From: Eledone cirrhosa
Taxonomy: Eukaryota
NCBI GenBank assembly: GCA_964016885.1
Contig: OZ024741.1
Span: forward strand, 93,930,001 to 93,994,000
Reading direction: 5' to 3'
Length of the DNA stretch: 64,000 bases
A program made the position numbers and the translations under genes. Shown here in pieces: positions 1-12,329 of the stretch (position 1 is the stretch's first letter; each line of letters opens with the position of its first letter). Below the pieces are notes generated by a model. It saw nothing but the letters and a program-made list of their open reading frames with translations. It did no database searches and was not told where the DNA came from.

Positions 1-29
1 ATGAATCCTAGATAATCATCAGTGGATTA

Positions 30-600
30 AAAACACGACCTCTTTTGAGGCGACAAATATGAATTGATTTTTTTTCTCTTTAGAGTTTCCAGCTGTGATC
101 TCTCAATTCGGTGAAGTGGTGGGGAACGACTCTCTGATCTCCGAGCTACGCACTCTATCGAGTAACGTTTTTCCGAAGACCCTTCGGAAGGACACCATTT
201 CTGCCGTTTCTTTCGCGATCGTATTCTTTCGGTCATCACTTAAGATACATGGCCATAAAAGCAAATTGACGATTTTGAGTTTGGTTGAATGACTGAATGC
301 TGAAGCTGGCACATTACTGCACCAGCTCCTGCAATTCTTGCACTTAATTCAACATCCTGCCATCTATCACTCGTAAACACAGCCCCGATACTACATACAT
401 GTAGTCAGAAGGTTAATGACAGAATCGATGGATAGATTTTACGGGCAAAACAGACCAGCAGAAGACCCAGGGTAAACTCCGAGAAAGATGGAATAACATC
501 CATGAGTTAGGCTGGTCTTACTTGGGGAGCCAACCGGATCAATAGGAGACAGTTGCTTCTGACAGTAACCTTTGGAAGGCGTGCATGAGAACACCCACTA
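30..600 (-). mobile_element. Decayed RTE-clade LINE, post-RT C-terminal region
   Basis: Minus-strand frames give MTERIRS..., ETAEMVSFRRVFGKTLLDRVRSSEIRES and LHRIERSQL, typical of RTE ORF ends; homologous to 46420-46650 (+). Confidence 0.65.
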
Positions 601-612
601 GTATGTGGGCAA

Positions 613-669
613 AAAGAAGAAGAAGAAGAAGAAGAAGAAGAAGAAGAAGAAGAAGAAGAAGAAGAAGAA
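613..669. repeat. (GAA)n microsatellite
   Basis: Directly visible. Confidence 0.95.
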
Positions 670-754
670 ATTTCTAGTGTTGGATTACAAGTTTAAAGCT
701 AGTGTACGGTATATATATATATTTATATATGAAAAGATTTCATATATGCGAAAA

Positions 755-831
<77 letters not shown>

Positions 832-1047
832 TATATATACATATATATATAAATATATATACATATATATATATATATTTCCATTTCTTAGAGGGTTCTA
901 AACCCCACTATCAGGGTAAAATTTCTTTAGTCAAAAATACACCGAAAGCTTCTATTTCTATTTTCAAACTCGCTGGGTGTTTCAAAACATCCTTAATTAC
1001 TGTTGATAAATATATGCAACTTCTCGTGGCTGCAGAGTTGACTGTTG

Positions 1048-1088
<41 letters not shown>

Positions 1089-1161
1089 CTAATTCTTTGG
1101 GAGGGTCATGCTGCCAATGAAAAGAGATTCACACCACAACTAGAATTTACATATATATCGC

Positions 1162-1206
<45 letters not shown>

Positions 1207-1383
1207 TACAGATATACACACATATATGAATATATACGCGCGCACACATGCATACATGCACACACACATATATGTATATAAGTAAATATATATATATATA
1301 TAATATATATATATGTGTGTGTTGAATTTTTATTCCGTGCGTATTTGTATGTATTTGTATGCGTATGTATGTGGATATGTGTA

Positions 1384-1489
<106 letters not shown>

Positions 1490-1558
1490 TATATGTGTAT
1501 ATATATTTATTTTTTTATATATATACATATATATGTGTGTGTGTTTGTATGTGTGTAT

Positions 1559-1609
<51 letters not shown>

Positions 1610-1651
1610 ATGATATTAAATAAATGGAAACTATATTTATAAAACCATATT

Positions 1652-1712
1652 TATTCTATTATATATATTTCAAGGGTGCCAAAATTTTTGTACACTATCA
1701 TCAGATAAAATA
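1652..1712 (-). ncRNA. Type I hammerhead motif (inverted copy of 2821-2881)
   Basis: Reverse complement reads tattttat-CTGATGA-stem II-GAAAT-ATAT-ATA-atagaata. Confidence 0.65.
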
Positions 1713-2484
1713 CGAAGTGTGTTTTATAAATTTTGACATAACCAAAGAGAATATAGCTTAACGGTTCAAGTTTTCCTTGGATAGTGAAGGGATAAGAGAA
1801 GTAAAGTCAGATATTTAAAATTATTAAGATGAGTATGCAAATGAGGTTTAGGTAAAAGGGCTGAAAAAAAAACGTTATTTTAGACGCTATGGAAAATTTA
1901 AATAATTATAAGTTATTGTATGCGTAGGAAAGAAGAGAAAGGAAGAAGAGCTAGCATTTACGTTAATTTTGGGGAAACAAATTGAATATGATTCCAGAGT
2001 TTAAATTTAGTTATTGCTGTTCAGAACTATTATTCTGAATATTGTTGTTAGAAGTATTATTATTGCTATTTTGGTTAGTTTGGTTAGGGTTTAAATTTAA
2101 GTTTCTATTATTAATTCTATTTATATTTTGTGCTATGTTCATAGTAGTCGAGTAGGAGAACGATTTCGAAAGCACCTGCAAACCGAAATATGACTTTATC
2201 AAGATTCTGTAAATTGTGTATCGAAGAAATTTTTCATATAATTAACTGTCAAAACTCTATTAATCTCAGAACAGAATTATTTTCTTCTTGCAGACATCGC
2301 CAAAATTCCACGTTCAGAACTATTTTTAATTTATAATATTCCTATACACCTCAAAATGATCCTACATTTTAAAAAATTTAAACGTAAATTTTTTAAATAT
2401 TTTTAATATTTTAAATATTTTTTAAATATTTTTAATATTTCTAAAATTTTTCAATATCTCTAATATTTATAATATTTTTAATTC

Positions 2485-2625
2485 TATTTTATCGACCCCG
2501 TAAGGATGAAAGGCAAAGTCAAATCCCGCCGAGGTTAACTTTGCCTTTTATCCTTACGGGGTCGATAAAATAAAGTACCAGTAATGCACTGGATAATTGC
2601 TAGCCTTGTGCCAAAAGTAGAAACA
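2485..2625. mobile_element. Inverted pair of tRNA-derived SINE fragments inserted in the PLE
   Basis: ttttatcgaccccgtaaggatgaaaggcaaagt followed by its reverse complement. Confidence 0.65.
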
Positions 2626-2820
2626 ATAATTATTTAAATTTTCCATAGCGTCTAAAATAACGTTTTTTTCAGCCCTTTTATCTAAACCTCATTTGCATAC
2701 TCATCTTAATAATTTGAAATATCTGACTTTTCTTCTTTTATCCCTTCACTATCCAAGGGTAACTTGAACCGTTAAGCTATATTCTCCTTGGTTATGTCAA
2801 AATTTATAAAACACACTTCG

Positions 2821-2881
2821 TATTTTATCTGATGATAGCGTACCAAAATGTTGGTGCCCTTGAAATATATATAATAGAATA
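2821..2881 (+). ncRNA. Type I hammerhead ribozyme motif in PLE 3' region
   Basis: Stem I tattttat/atagaata; CTGATGA 2829-2835; stem II gtaccaa/ttggtgc; GAAAT-ATAT-ATA (AUA triplet). Confidence 0.75.
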
Positions 2882-3030
2882 AATATGGTTTTATAAATAT
2901 AGTTTCCATTTATTTAATATCATTGTATATTATACTCCAGAAAATCCGTCGAGTGCTCTGAATCAGTTATAAACATTTATAGTTATTGAATTACCAACAA
3001 ATTGAATATCCCTTCTGCTTATATATATAT

Positions 3031-4145
3031 ACTAGCAGCAGTACCCAGCGTTGCCTGGGTAGGTAAAATAATATCTGCTTTGATGAAAAGGTATGGATCT
3101 TAGCGACTGCTTCTCGATGACTCATCTATGGCTACACACAGGCCATGCGGGGGAGGGTGGTGATGACCTCTATCACTGAGAAACGCGGGTGACTGATGAA
3201 GGGGCATTCTGGGGGAGGGAGGTAATGACCTCTAACACTAAGCCAAATTTCCTCACGCTACTTGATTGGAAACTGATGAATTCTCAAATACACAACTAAA
3301 AGCTCAGACGACGTCAGTGGCCATCGTTTTGCCTTTGACCATCTATAAGATGTGCAATGATAGGTTCTATCGTAGTATAAAAGTTGAACCAAATAAATTG
3401 ATTTATGTGTGAGGTGGAGCCGAAGTTTCGAATTTGAACGAAATCGGTTGAAAAATGTGGGAGCTAATGATAGGTCGCCGTCCCTGAACAAAATATAAAA
3501 AGTGTAAAGATGCTATAACATGTTCAATGATAGGTTCTATGGTAGTATAAAAGTTGAACCAAATAAATTGATTTATGTGTGCGGCGGAGCCGAAGTTTCG
3601 AATTTGAACGAAATCGGTTGAAAAATGTGGAAGCTAGAGCCGAAAAGGCGGAAATTTGAGCGAAAGGGTGGTATTTTCGAATATTTAATCGGCTGCCGCG
3701 CCGTTCCTGAACAAAAAATCCAAAATGTAAAGCCACCTTAAGACGTGAAATAATCAGATCTAGCGTAGTGTAAAATTTGAACAAAGTAGGTTGATTAATG
3801 TGGGAGCTAGAGCCGAAAAAGTGGAAATTTGAGTCTAAAAGTGGTATTTTTGAATATTTAAGCGGCTGCCACGCCGTGCCTGAACAACAAATGCAAAATA
3901 TAAAGCTATTACACGATGTGCAATGATAAATTCTATTTTACTTTAAAATTTGAACGAAATCGGTGGCAAAATGTGGGAGCTAGAGCCAAAAATCTTATTT
4001 TTCGATACCTAAAAAAAGGTGAACCCCCTATCGATTTTTATCTGCAGAATGACCCCAGAATAAAATCTATGAGCCTGTAAAGTTTCATGAAAATCGGTCG
4101 TAAGATGTAGGCCCCTATAGGTAATACACAGACACACAGACATAC

Positions 4146-4150
<5 letters not shown>
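3031..4150 (-). mobile_element. Non-autonomous Helitron-like element
   Basis: Minus-strand end acccaggcaacgctgggt hairpin followed by ctgctgCTAG; internal imperfect tandem repeats. Confidence 0.55.
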
Positions 4151-4193
<43 letters not shown>

Positions 4194-4556
4194 CTTTATT
4201 TTTACGTTGTTTGTATTTATACACTCCCCCTACCCTTCGTTGTCAAAACGTCCCTTAATTACCTTATTTTGATTTTGACTTTTATTTTCTTATATATTTT
4301 TTGAATTTTTTAATCATATTTATTTAGTTATTCCTGTCTCTGAACTACTTCCCAATGGTTTGTACATATTGATATGTGATGTGCATATATATATATATAT
4401 ATATATAAATGAAGTAATTCCGTCGGAAAGGTCCAGGTTTTTCAAATCCACTGTCAATAAAGACACCAGGATTTTTTCATTCTTATGAATGAAAGCAATT
4501 TTGGTTGCTTTCAAGAAACTGGTAAATGAAATAATTATCTTATGTTGTTTATTACA

Positions 4557-4631
<75 letters not shown>

Positions 4632-4996
4632 ATACGTGCGCGTATGTATAGAGCCTTTTGTGTTTGTATGTATGTATGTGTGTGTATACATTTTTATATA
4701 TGTGAGTGTGTGTTTGTGTGTACACATATGGGTGCATATATATTTGTGTATATTTGTGTGTATGTATTTATGTGTCTGTTCGTATTTCCATGTAGACGCA
4801 AATACGCTTATGTGAGAAAGTATACGTCTACGTACTATTACGTACAAGCGCGTGGTTGAGTGTGTGTATGTTTATGTTCTGGATATTTATTTATATATTT
4901 TTCCCCTAACCCTTTTTGCCCGTTTTTTCAGCCTCACTTTCATATTTCCTAAATTTTGTTTTCAAATCCATATTTAATAAAAACACCATGTTATTT

Positions 4997-5060
4997 ATTC
5001 ATTCTGACGACTGAGGACGGATATAAATATCTGCCTTCAAGAAACCACTGGTAAATGAAA
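4997..5060 (+). ncRNA. Type I hammerhead motif in a ~1-kb non-coding element (4190-5153)
   Basis: ttcatt-CTGACGA(5004-5010)-long stem II (ggatat/atatct)-GAAAC-cactg-GTA-aatgaa; the 3' half is repeated at ~4510-4562. Confidence 0.7.
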
Positions 5061-5148
5061 TAATTATCTTATGTTGTTTATTACATAACTAATAAGCTCT
5101 GTAGTCTACATAGAGCACTCTTTTTTCCTGTACCTTTCCGACGGAAAT

Positions 5149-5220
<72 letters not shown>

Positions 5221-5222
<2 letters not shown>

Positions 5223-5966
5223 ATTATATTTTGAGAATAAACTCTCAGTCGTTTACAATAATTAAGCTCCAGGAAGGGGCTCTTCCGAGCAGTCAATAGT
5301 GTACGATAAACACGAAATGTGTTTACATTGCAACAGACAAAGTTAGCTATTAATGAAATAAACTAATAAAAGTGAATACAATTTGTCTGTCTCGATATAA
5401 GTCAATAAAATCATACACTATTGACTGCTCGGAAGAGCCCCTTCCTGGAGCTTAATTATTGTAAACGACTGAGAGTTTATTCTCAAAATATAATATAATG
5501 TATTGCTCCTTTATTGTAAGAGCTGATCCTTAATCCTGCATAAGCGGCTGTTATTTCTAGCACCGTGAATGTGGGATAGCTAGTTTTGGCCTGCCTACCC
5601 ACGTGTAGTCAGTCCTGCAAAATTTTTGATGTGATATAGACTAATCTTACTGGATTCCTGTTGATAAGCACAGAAGATTTGGGTATTTCACTCTTTTATT
5701 TCTATTCCATTTCGATTCTCTTTATTTTTCAATTCACATTCCACCGTTGCGAAACTTATTTGGGTTTCGAGGTTCAAATTCGTCTATAGAACAGGTTTGA
5801 ATTTTGAAATTTAAATATGTCCAGGAATCATGGCAGTTGCCAATATAATATTGTCTTTATTGACTTATATCGAGACAGACAAATTGTATTCACTTTTATT
5901 AGTTTATTTCATTAATAGCTAACTTTGTCTGTTGCAATGTAAACACATTTCGTGTTTATCGTACAC

Positions 5967-5970
<4 letters not shown>
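5221..5970. mobile_element. Non-coding element with permuted inverted repeats, in (TA)n
   Basis: 5221-5302 is inverted at ~5415-5497 and ~5296-5410 is inverted at ~5855-5968. Confidence 0.6.
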
Positions 5971-6000
<30 letters not shown>

Positions 6001-6182
6001 GAATTAACAAAAAGTTATCGCTCTACATGGCTGAATACAATAAATGTAATCTGAGTTTTTCGAATATTAATAATAATATTCGATTCGTTTGCAATTATGC
6101 AAACAACCCTCTTTTAAGCCATGTCAGTAGAATGAGCCCCTCATTCTTGCTCCTGTGTTGGCATATAAACATGTATATATAC

Positions 6183-6590
6183 ATATTGTTATACTTGGGG
6201 AGGGTCATATTGTTGTAATAATATTGCCAGAATTAATAACAGAACACACTCACTGTTTGGTTGGTTTTTGCTTCTGTATCTTTTATATCAGTTAATTCAT
6301 TCGGTCCTCCATTGACTGACCAACGGTCAAAAAAATACATAATGTAATATAGATATAAACACATATATATAGTCTAACATAGTATTTTCGACCGTTGGTC
6401 AGTCAATGGTAACCATTGAGGACCGAATGAATTAATTGATATAAAAGATACAGAAGCGAAAACCAACCAAACAGTGAGTGTGTTCTGTTATTAATTCTGG
6501 CAACATTATTACAACAATATGACCCTCCCCAAGTATAACAATATTTGTTTCGACACACGATTTCATATAAAAAACCTCGCAAAACAAATA
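6183..6590. mobile_element. Short inverted PLE 3'-end pair (family of 15587-17335)
   Basis: gggagggtcatatt...gccagaattaataacagaacacactcac and its reverse complement; only the right copy has the gtttcgacacacgatttc...cctcgcaaaac tail. Confidence 0.7.
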
Positions 6591-6644
6591 TATATATATA
6601 TATACATACATATATACATATGTACATATATATGTACACATACA

Positions 6645-7150
6645 TTATCTTTCTCTTCTCCTCTTTTGCCCGACCACACCTTGAATACTGTTGTCCAATG
6701 TGGTCTCCCCACACGAAACAAACTATCATGAAAATTGAAGCTCCTCAAAGGTCAATCACGAAAAAGATAGATGGCATGTCAGGCTTTGACTATTGGGGTC
6801 GACTAGAAAAACTCAAACTTTATTCTCTCCAACGCCGCCGTGAGCACTATATTATCTGCATGATGTGGAAAATATTCCATTAGCATTGCCGGAATAATGT
6901 TGGCATCACCTTTAAGGTACACCCAAGGCTTGGGCCCCGTGCAATATCCTCCCACAACAAAAATCACACTCGCATCTCATAATAACAATACAACACAATT
7001 ATTTCACCCCAATTGACCCCGCTCTCTTCAACATTACACCAAAACACATTAAAAGAGAAACAGACCCCATAAAGTTCAAGAAGTCTTTGGACAAATTCCT
7101 TCACGAAATCCCGGATAAACCTCCTGCACCCGGATATGTCTCCGCAAATT
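6645..7150 (+). mobile_element. CR1-group LINE 3' remnant
   Basis: ARPHLEYCCPMWSPH...QRSITKKI..DYWGRLEKLKLYSLQRRRE, and LDKFLHEIPDKP. Confidence 0.8.
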
Positions 7151-7828
7151 ATAAGTGGTCGTGGAGGTGTCACGACAAAAAAGCAACCAGCCCTAACTGT
7201 AAAGTGGCTGTGTTAGGCGCCACGAAAAAAAAAAAACACCCAGCACTCACTGTAAATGAGGTTAATGTTAGGAAGGGCATCCAGCTGGAGAAATCAAGCC
7301 AAAATCAGTTCCCGTATGACAAGGTCACCCGACCTGGAATTGCCCAAGACAGGACAGCCTGTCTAACCCTTGCTAGCGTGGAAGAATGGACGTAAAACGG
7401 TGATGATGATGATGATAACACCCCCCCCCCCCACACACACACATATATATATATATATATACATATATATCACCATCGATTAACGTCTATCTTCCTCGCT
7501 AGCATGGGTTAGGCGGGTTTGTCCCATTTAGAGGCAAGTTGGGTGGGGTGACGGCGTCTCGCTCATATAGGAGAGTTTCTGGCTGGTTTTCTACGGCTGG
7601 ATACACATCCTCACGCCAACTACATTGATAGTGTGTGGTAGGTGCTTTTTGCCGTGTCTTATACACGTCCACTTTACAGTGTGGGCTGGGTGCTTTTTGT
7701 TGCAACACATACATGATCACTTTACTGTATGGGCTGGATGTTTTGTGGTACCAGTGTGAACATAATGCAAACACTTCGTACTGCACTCCTTGTTTTTGTT
7801 TTGTTCCTTGTCAATATGTATATATATG

Positions 7829-7829
<1 letters not shown>

Positions 7830-7873
<44 letters not shown>

Positions 7874-7945
7874 ATCTTAAGAGCCATTTGACACACATCG
7901 CTGCTAACCATTATCACAACATCAAACACCTTACTACTACTACTA

Positions 7946-8011
<66 letters not shown>

Positions 8012-8354
8012 TTGTTGTGAAAGAGTCATTTCTCAATCTTGGCGCAAAACTAATTTTTTATTCACATGACCTCTACCGACCAATCAAAATTGTTTTGACC
8101 AAAGTAACGCTGGAGCCACTTTTTTAACATAAAAACAGGTAGAATTCCCAAAACTAATCAGATCAGAGCAAATAGCACGGACTCTCTATCTCAAAATTAT
8201 TTTTGAAAAGCATTTAGAAATGCGCAACCGGTAAAAACTTAAAAACTTAAAACCACAACTGAATACTAACCCATACAATCACTAATACTCTTTTATTCCT
8301 ATTAAACCATTTTTCAACTGTGAACAATTTGTCAGCATTTTCTATTCCGTTTAT

Positions 8355-8357
<3 letters not shown>
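7830..8357 (+). mobile_element. 3' UTR fragment of the Neptune-like PLE
   Basis: Matches ~43260-43900. Confidence 0.8.
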
Positions 8358-8438
<81 letters not shown>

Positions 8439-8536
8439 GCACATGATAATGATATACACACATATATATTTGCGTGCATATACATATACCATATATATGT
8501 AATATAGATACACATATCATACACAGGCATACACAC

Positions 8537-8577
<41 letters not shown>

Positions 8578-8734
8578 GCATATAAATATATCATCAACCT
8601 CGTCGATTAGCATCCATCATTCATGGTTAGGACGGATTAACCCTTAGGGAAAAAACAGGTCACAGGACCATGTTTACCTCACCCGGGGCAGATTTTCGCT
8701 TGGTTTCTACAGCTGGGTGCGCTTCCTACCGCCA

Positions 8735-8960
8735 ACCACATTTACAGTGTGTGCTGGGTGCTTTTTGTCGTGTCACCTACACGACCACATTACAGTGTGG
8801 ACTGGGCACTTTTTGTCGTGACACCTACACGACCACCTTACAGTCTGAGCAGGGAACTTTTTTCGTGACACCTACACGACCACTTTACAGTGTGGACTGG
8901 GTACCTTTGTCATGTCACTGACGCGACCACTTTACAGTGGGGCCTGGACACTTTTGTCTT
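8735..8960. repeat. ~47-48 bp minisatellite (about 5 units) within an RTE-related short repeat
   Basis: Recurring cactttacagtgtggactgggcactttttgtcgtgacacctacacgac; related units at 7620-7750 and, inverted, at 7160-7255. Confidence 0.75.
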
Positions 8961-9109
8961 GGGACTAGCGAGGAGGAGGAAACTTGGGGAAATAGTGGAC
9001 AAGGTAGTATGGGAGGTATGGTTACCGCTAAGGGAGGTGAATAAGAGGGGAAAAGGTTGAGGAAGGTGTTGCCTACTAGGTATAAGCCTCAGCCAGAGAA
9101 TAATAAGTG

Positions 9110-11115
9110 GTGGGTCTTCCGTAAAACTGCATAGTGCCAGAGGTGCGGCCCTGTGTCATTGCCTTTGAGAGGTGTAATTGTGCAAGGTCTGCTTTTATTA
9201 TCTCATCTCAAGTCTTCCTAGGCCTACTCACACCACGGCTACCATCGACTTTGAGTGCTCTACACCTTATTATACAGTCGTTATCCTTCATACGCTTCAT
9301 ATATCCACACCAACGCAATCTCCTCTTCTAATCCCTCTTATGCTTAACAACTAATCCCTCTTATGCTTAATTTCTCACGCAGTATATTTATACTTTGCTG
9401 TTCACGTATATTGCTATTGCACATCCATCGAAGCATGGAGGCTTCGTTTCTTTCCAATCTTCGCAGGTCCTCAGCACATAGTACCCATGTCTCGCTGCTG
9501 TGCAACATTGTTGTTCGTAAACATGCATCATACAGTCTGCCTTTCATTTTGAGGGAAAAACCTTTTGTAGTTAGTAACGGTAGTAGCTCCCTGAACTTTC
9601 TGCAGCCGGATCTCACTCTGGTTACTGTGTTTTCAGAACACCTTCCCTCACTACTGATTTGGTTAACCAGGTAACGGAAGATATCTGCCACTTCAACCGA
9701 GCCCTCAGAGAACTTGAAGGTGATTGTATCCTGAGGGTTCTTGCTGCTTACTACCCCTGTGCACCTATATTCTTTGTTATCCTGCCTGAGATCCCACTAC
9801 ATCTCTTGTGCACCCATTGCTTGCATTTGGTACATAGAATGGAATTTCTACCTATTCCTTTTATGCGCACTGAACAGAACCATTTCCCAGAGGAGATTTG
9901 GGCCCTGTATCCCTTCTACTTACTAGGACTTTAGTCTTTGCTAGGTTGACTTTAAGACCTTTAGAATCTAGGCCTTGCTTCCAGGTTTGGAATTCCATCT
10001 CTAGTTCAGCTATAGATTCGGCTATAAGTGTTAGGTCATCAGCATACAGAAGTTGTACGCTAAATTTTTCACTAAAGTCATTGTTAATTCTAACCTTACT
10101 GGCTGTTTTTCTATACATTGCTTCAATTTCCCTCACAAGCCATTGTCAACTCCTAATTTCCTAAGAGCCCACCAGATAATGGAACGGGGGACTCTGTCAA
10201 AAGCTTTCTCAAGGTCGACAAAAGCCAGGTAGAGGGGCTTAATCTTAGCTAGGTACTTCTTCTGCAGTTGTCTTACAAGGGACAAATCCAAACTGCATCT
10301 CATCTATGTTAACACGTTCTTTAATCAGCTGAGCTAAGAATCTTCCATTCACCTTCATAACCTGGGCAACCAACTTAATGCCACTATAGTTTTCTCTATC
10401 TAGAGTATTTCCTTTGCCCTTGTAGCAGTGATGCTACGATGCTGCTGCTACACCAGTCATTGGGTATGACACCATTTTGTATGACTTGGTTTACAATGCG
10501 GGAGACTATGGTATGGCCCACCATACCTGAAGTTTTCAGCATCTCAGCAACTATCCCTGAGGGGCCAGCTGCCATGCCTGACTTCATATCGTTGATTGCC
10601 TTACTTACTATACTACCGCTAACTTGAACAGCCGGTCCCTCTGTTGGTGGACATGTGACAGACACTTTATCCCATGCATTCTACTCATTCAGTAATCTTT
10701 CATAATGGCACTTCCATGCTGCTTTCTTTTCAGCGTCCGTGAGGGCAAGTTTGCCAAAATCATTTCGGACACACTTCTCTCCACCGACATCACAATTTTC
10801 CCTGACACACTGTCTAGCGATTCTGAACACCTCACGTCTTTGATCCTCACGCTGCAAAACATGCTTAATTTTTTTGTTTTCTACTTCCCTTCTAGAGGAG
10901 TAAACCTGTCACTTAACTTCTCTCTTAGCCTTCTGGTAAACTTCTCTGCCACCCCCATTACGCCAATCTTTCCAAGCCTGTCTTTTGGCCTTAATTGTCT
11001 TATCTACTTTACTATTCCACCACCAATTCACTCTCCGTCTCCCTAGAAACCTACTCCAACCACAGATTTCATCTGTCGCCTTCAGTAGGTTATCTTTCAG
11101 AAACTCCCACATTTA
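9110..11115 (-). pseudogene. Decayed RTE-clade LINE reverse transcriptase
   Basis: Fragments KAINDMKSGMAAGPSGIVAEMLK, FVDLEKAFDRVP, LLYADDL, GLKVNLAKTK, KFRELLPLL, MLRWMC, with frameshifts and stops. Confidence 0.9.
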
Positions 11116-11284
11116 TCTCCTTATAATATATAACCAGCAATTTCTCTGTCTGTCTGTCCGACGCGTAGAGTGAGAGTGAGAGTGAAAGAAAGAGACAGAC
11201 TACAAGAGGGGGATAGCGGGAGGGAGAGAGAGAGACGCTGGAAGAGGGGAAGGAAAGCTATGTCTTGCTGTCTGCATTACGATA

Positions 11285-11401
<117 letters not shown>

Positions 11402-11409
11402 AGCGCGTC

Positions 11410-12319
11410 ATAATGACGTAATGCAGACAGCCAGACATACAGACAGATATTATAAGGGCGCAACGTTATATCTATGTATCTATCTAAAAAGAAAGACTAA
11501 GAATTATATAGAGAGAACGCTAAATCGCCTAATGCGGTCCCTAGGGAATTGAAAATTTGAAATAATTTTTGCTCAAAACACTCACAGGGCCATAAGTATT
11601 ACATGTCTAAAGTTTGAAAACAATCGGTTGGATGATTCTCAAGTTTTAGTGAGCTGACAGACAGACAGACATTCTCTGTTTTAGATATATAGACTAGCAG
11701 AAAACCGTGCCGGGTGGTTTTCTGCTAGTCTATATCTATAAAACTGAGGATGTCTGCCTGTGCGTGTCTGTTTGAATCCCTAAAAATCGAAAAGCACCCA
11801 ACCGACTGTTTTCAAACTTTACACATGTAATACTTATGTTTCAGGGAGTGTTCTGAGCCCCCCAAATTTTAAATTTTCAATGCCCTAGGGTCCGCATTAG
11901 GCGATTTAGCGATCTCTCTCTATAATTCTTAGTCTTTCTCTTTTTAGATAGATACATACATATAACGTCGCGCCCTTATAATATCTGTCTGTATGTCTGG
12001 CTGTCTGATTTACGTCACTTCCTACAATTCGCTCTGCGTCCAGAACGTGCCCTTATAATATCTGTCTGTATGTCTGGATGTCTGCTTCCTCCGGTTATTC
12101 TGCCACCCTTGCTCAAGACAAATCTCACACTCATTCCCCAAACAGTTGGTAAGTGCACACAACTTCTTCCTCACGTTTTAAGCCACAGTGTTGCTTACTT
12201 ACGTACCACCAGACCCTTACTTCTTTGCCAGGCGTGGTTGTGGCAATACTAAGCTTAGCTAAGGCGGTTATATATTTCACAATACCTTATCCCGTGCAAC
12301 GCCGGGTACCACTGCTAGT
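11410..12319. mobile_element. Inverted pair of non-autonomous Helitron-like copies
   Basis: 11410-11690 is inverted relative to 11735-12020; the plus copy ends cccgtgcaacgccggg-taccactgCTAG; the central palindrome is made of two CTAG ends. Confidence 0.6.
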
Positions 12320-12329
12320 ATAATATAAA

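Larger units (their letters stand above)
1606..3020. mobile_element. Truncated PLE insertion (same family as 12330-14105): inverted minus copy 1606-~2160 fused to plus copy ~2160-3020, in (TA)n
   Basis: 1606-1900 is the reverse complement of ~2635-2925; 2165-2330 encodes the FCKLCIEE...CRH terminus; flanked by (TA)n. Confidence 0.75.

Noticed and set aside
878-930. HHR-like CTGATAG..GAAAT on the minus strand
   Set aside because: Core mismatched and no stem I partner visible.
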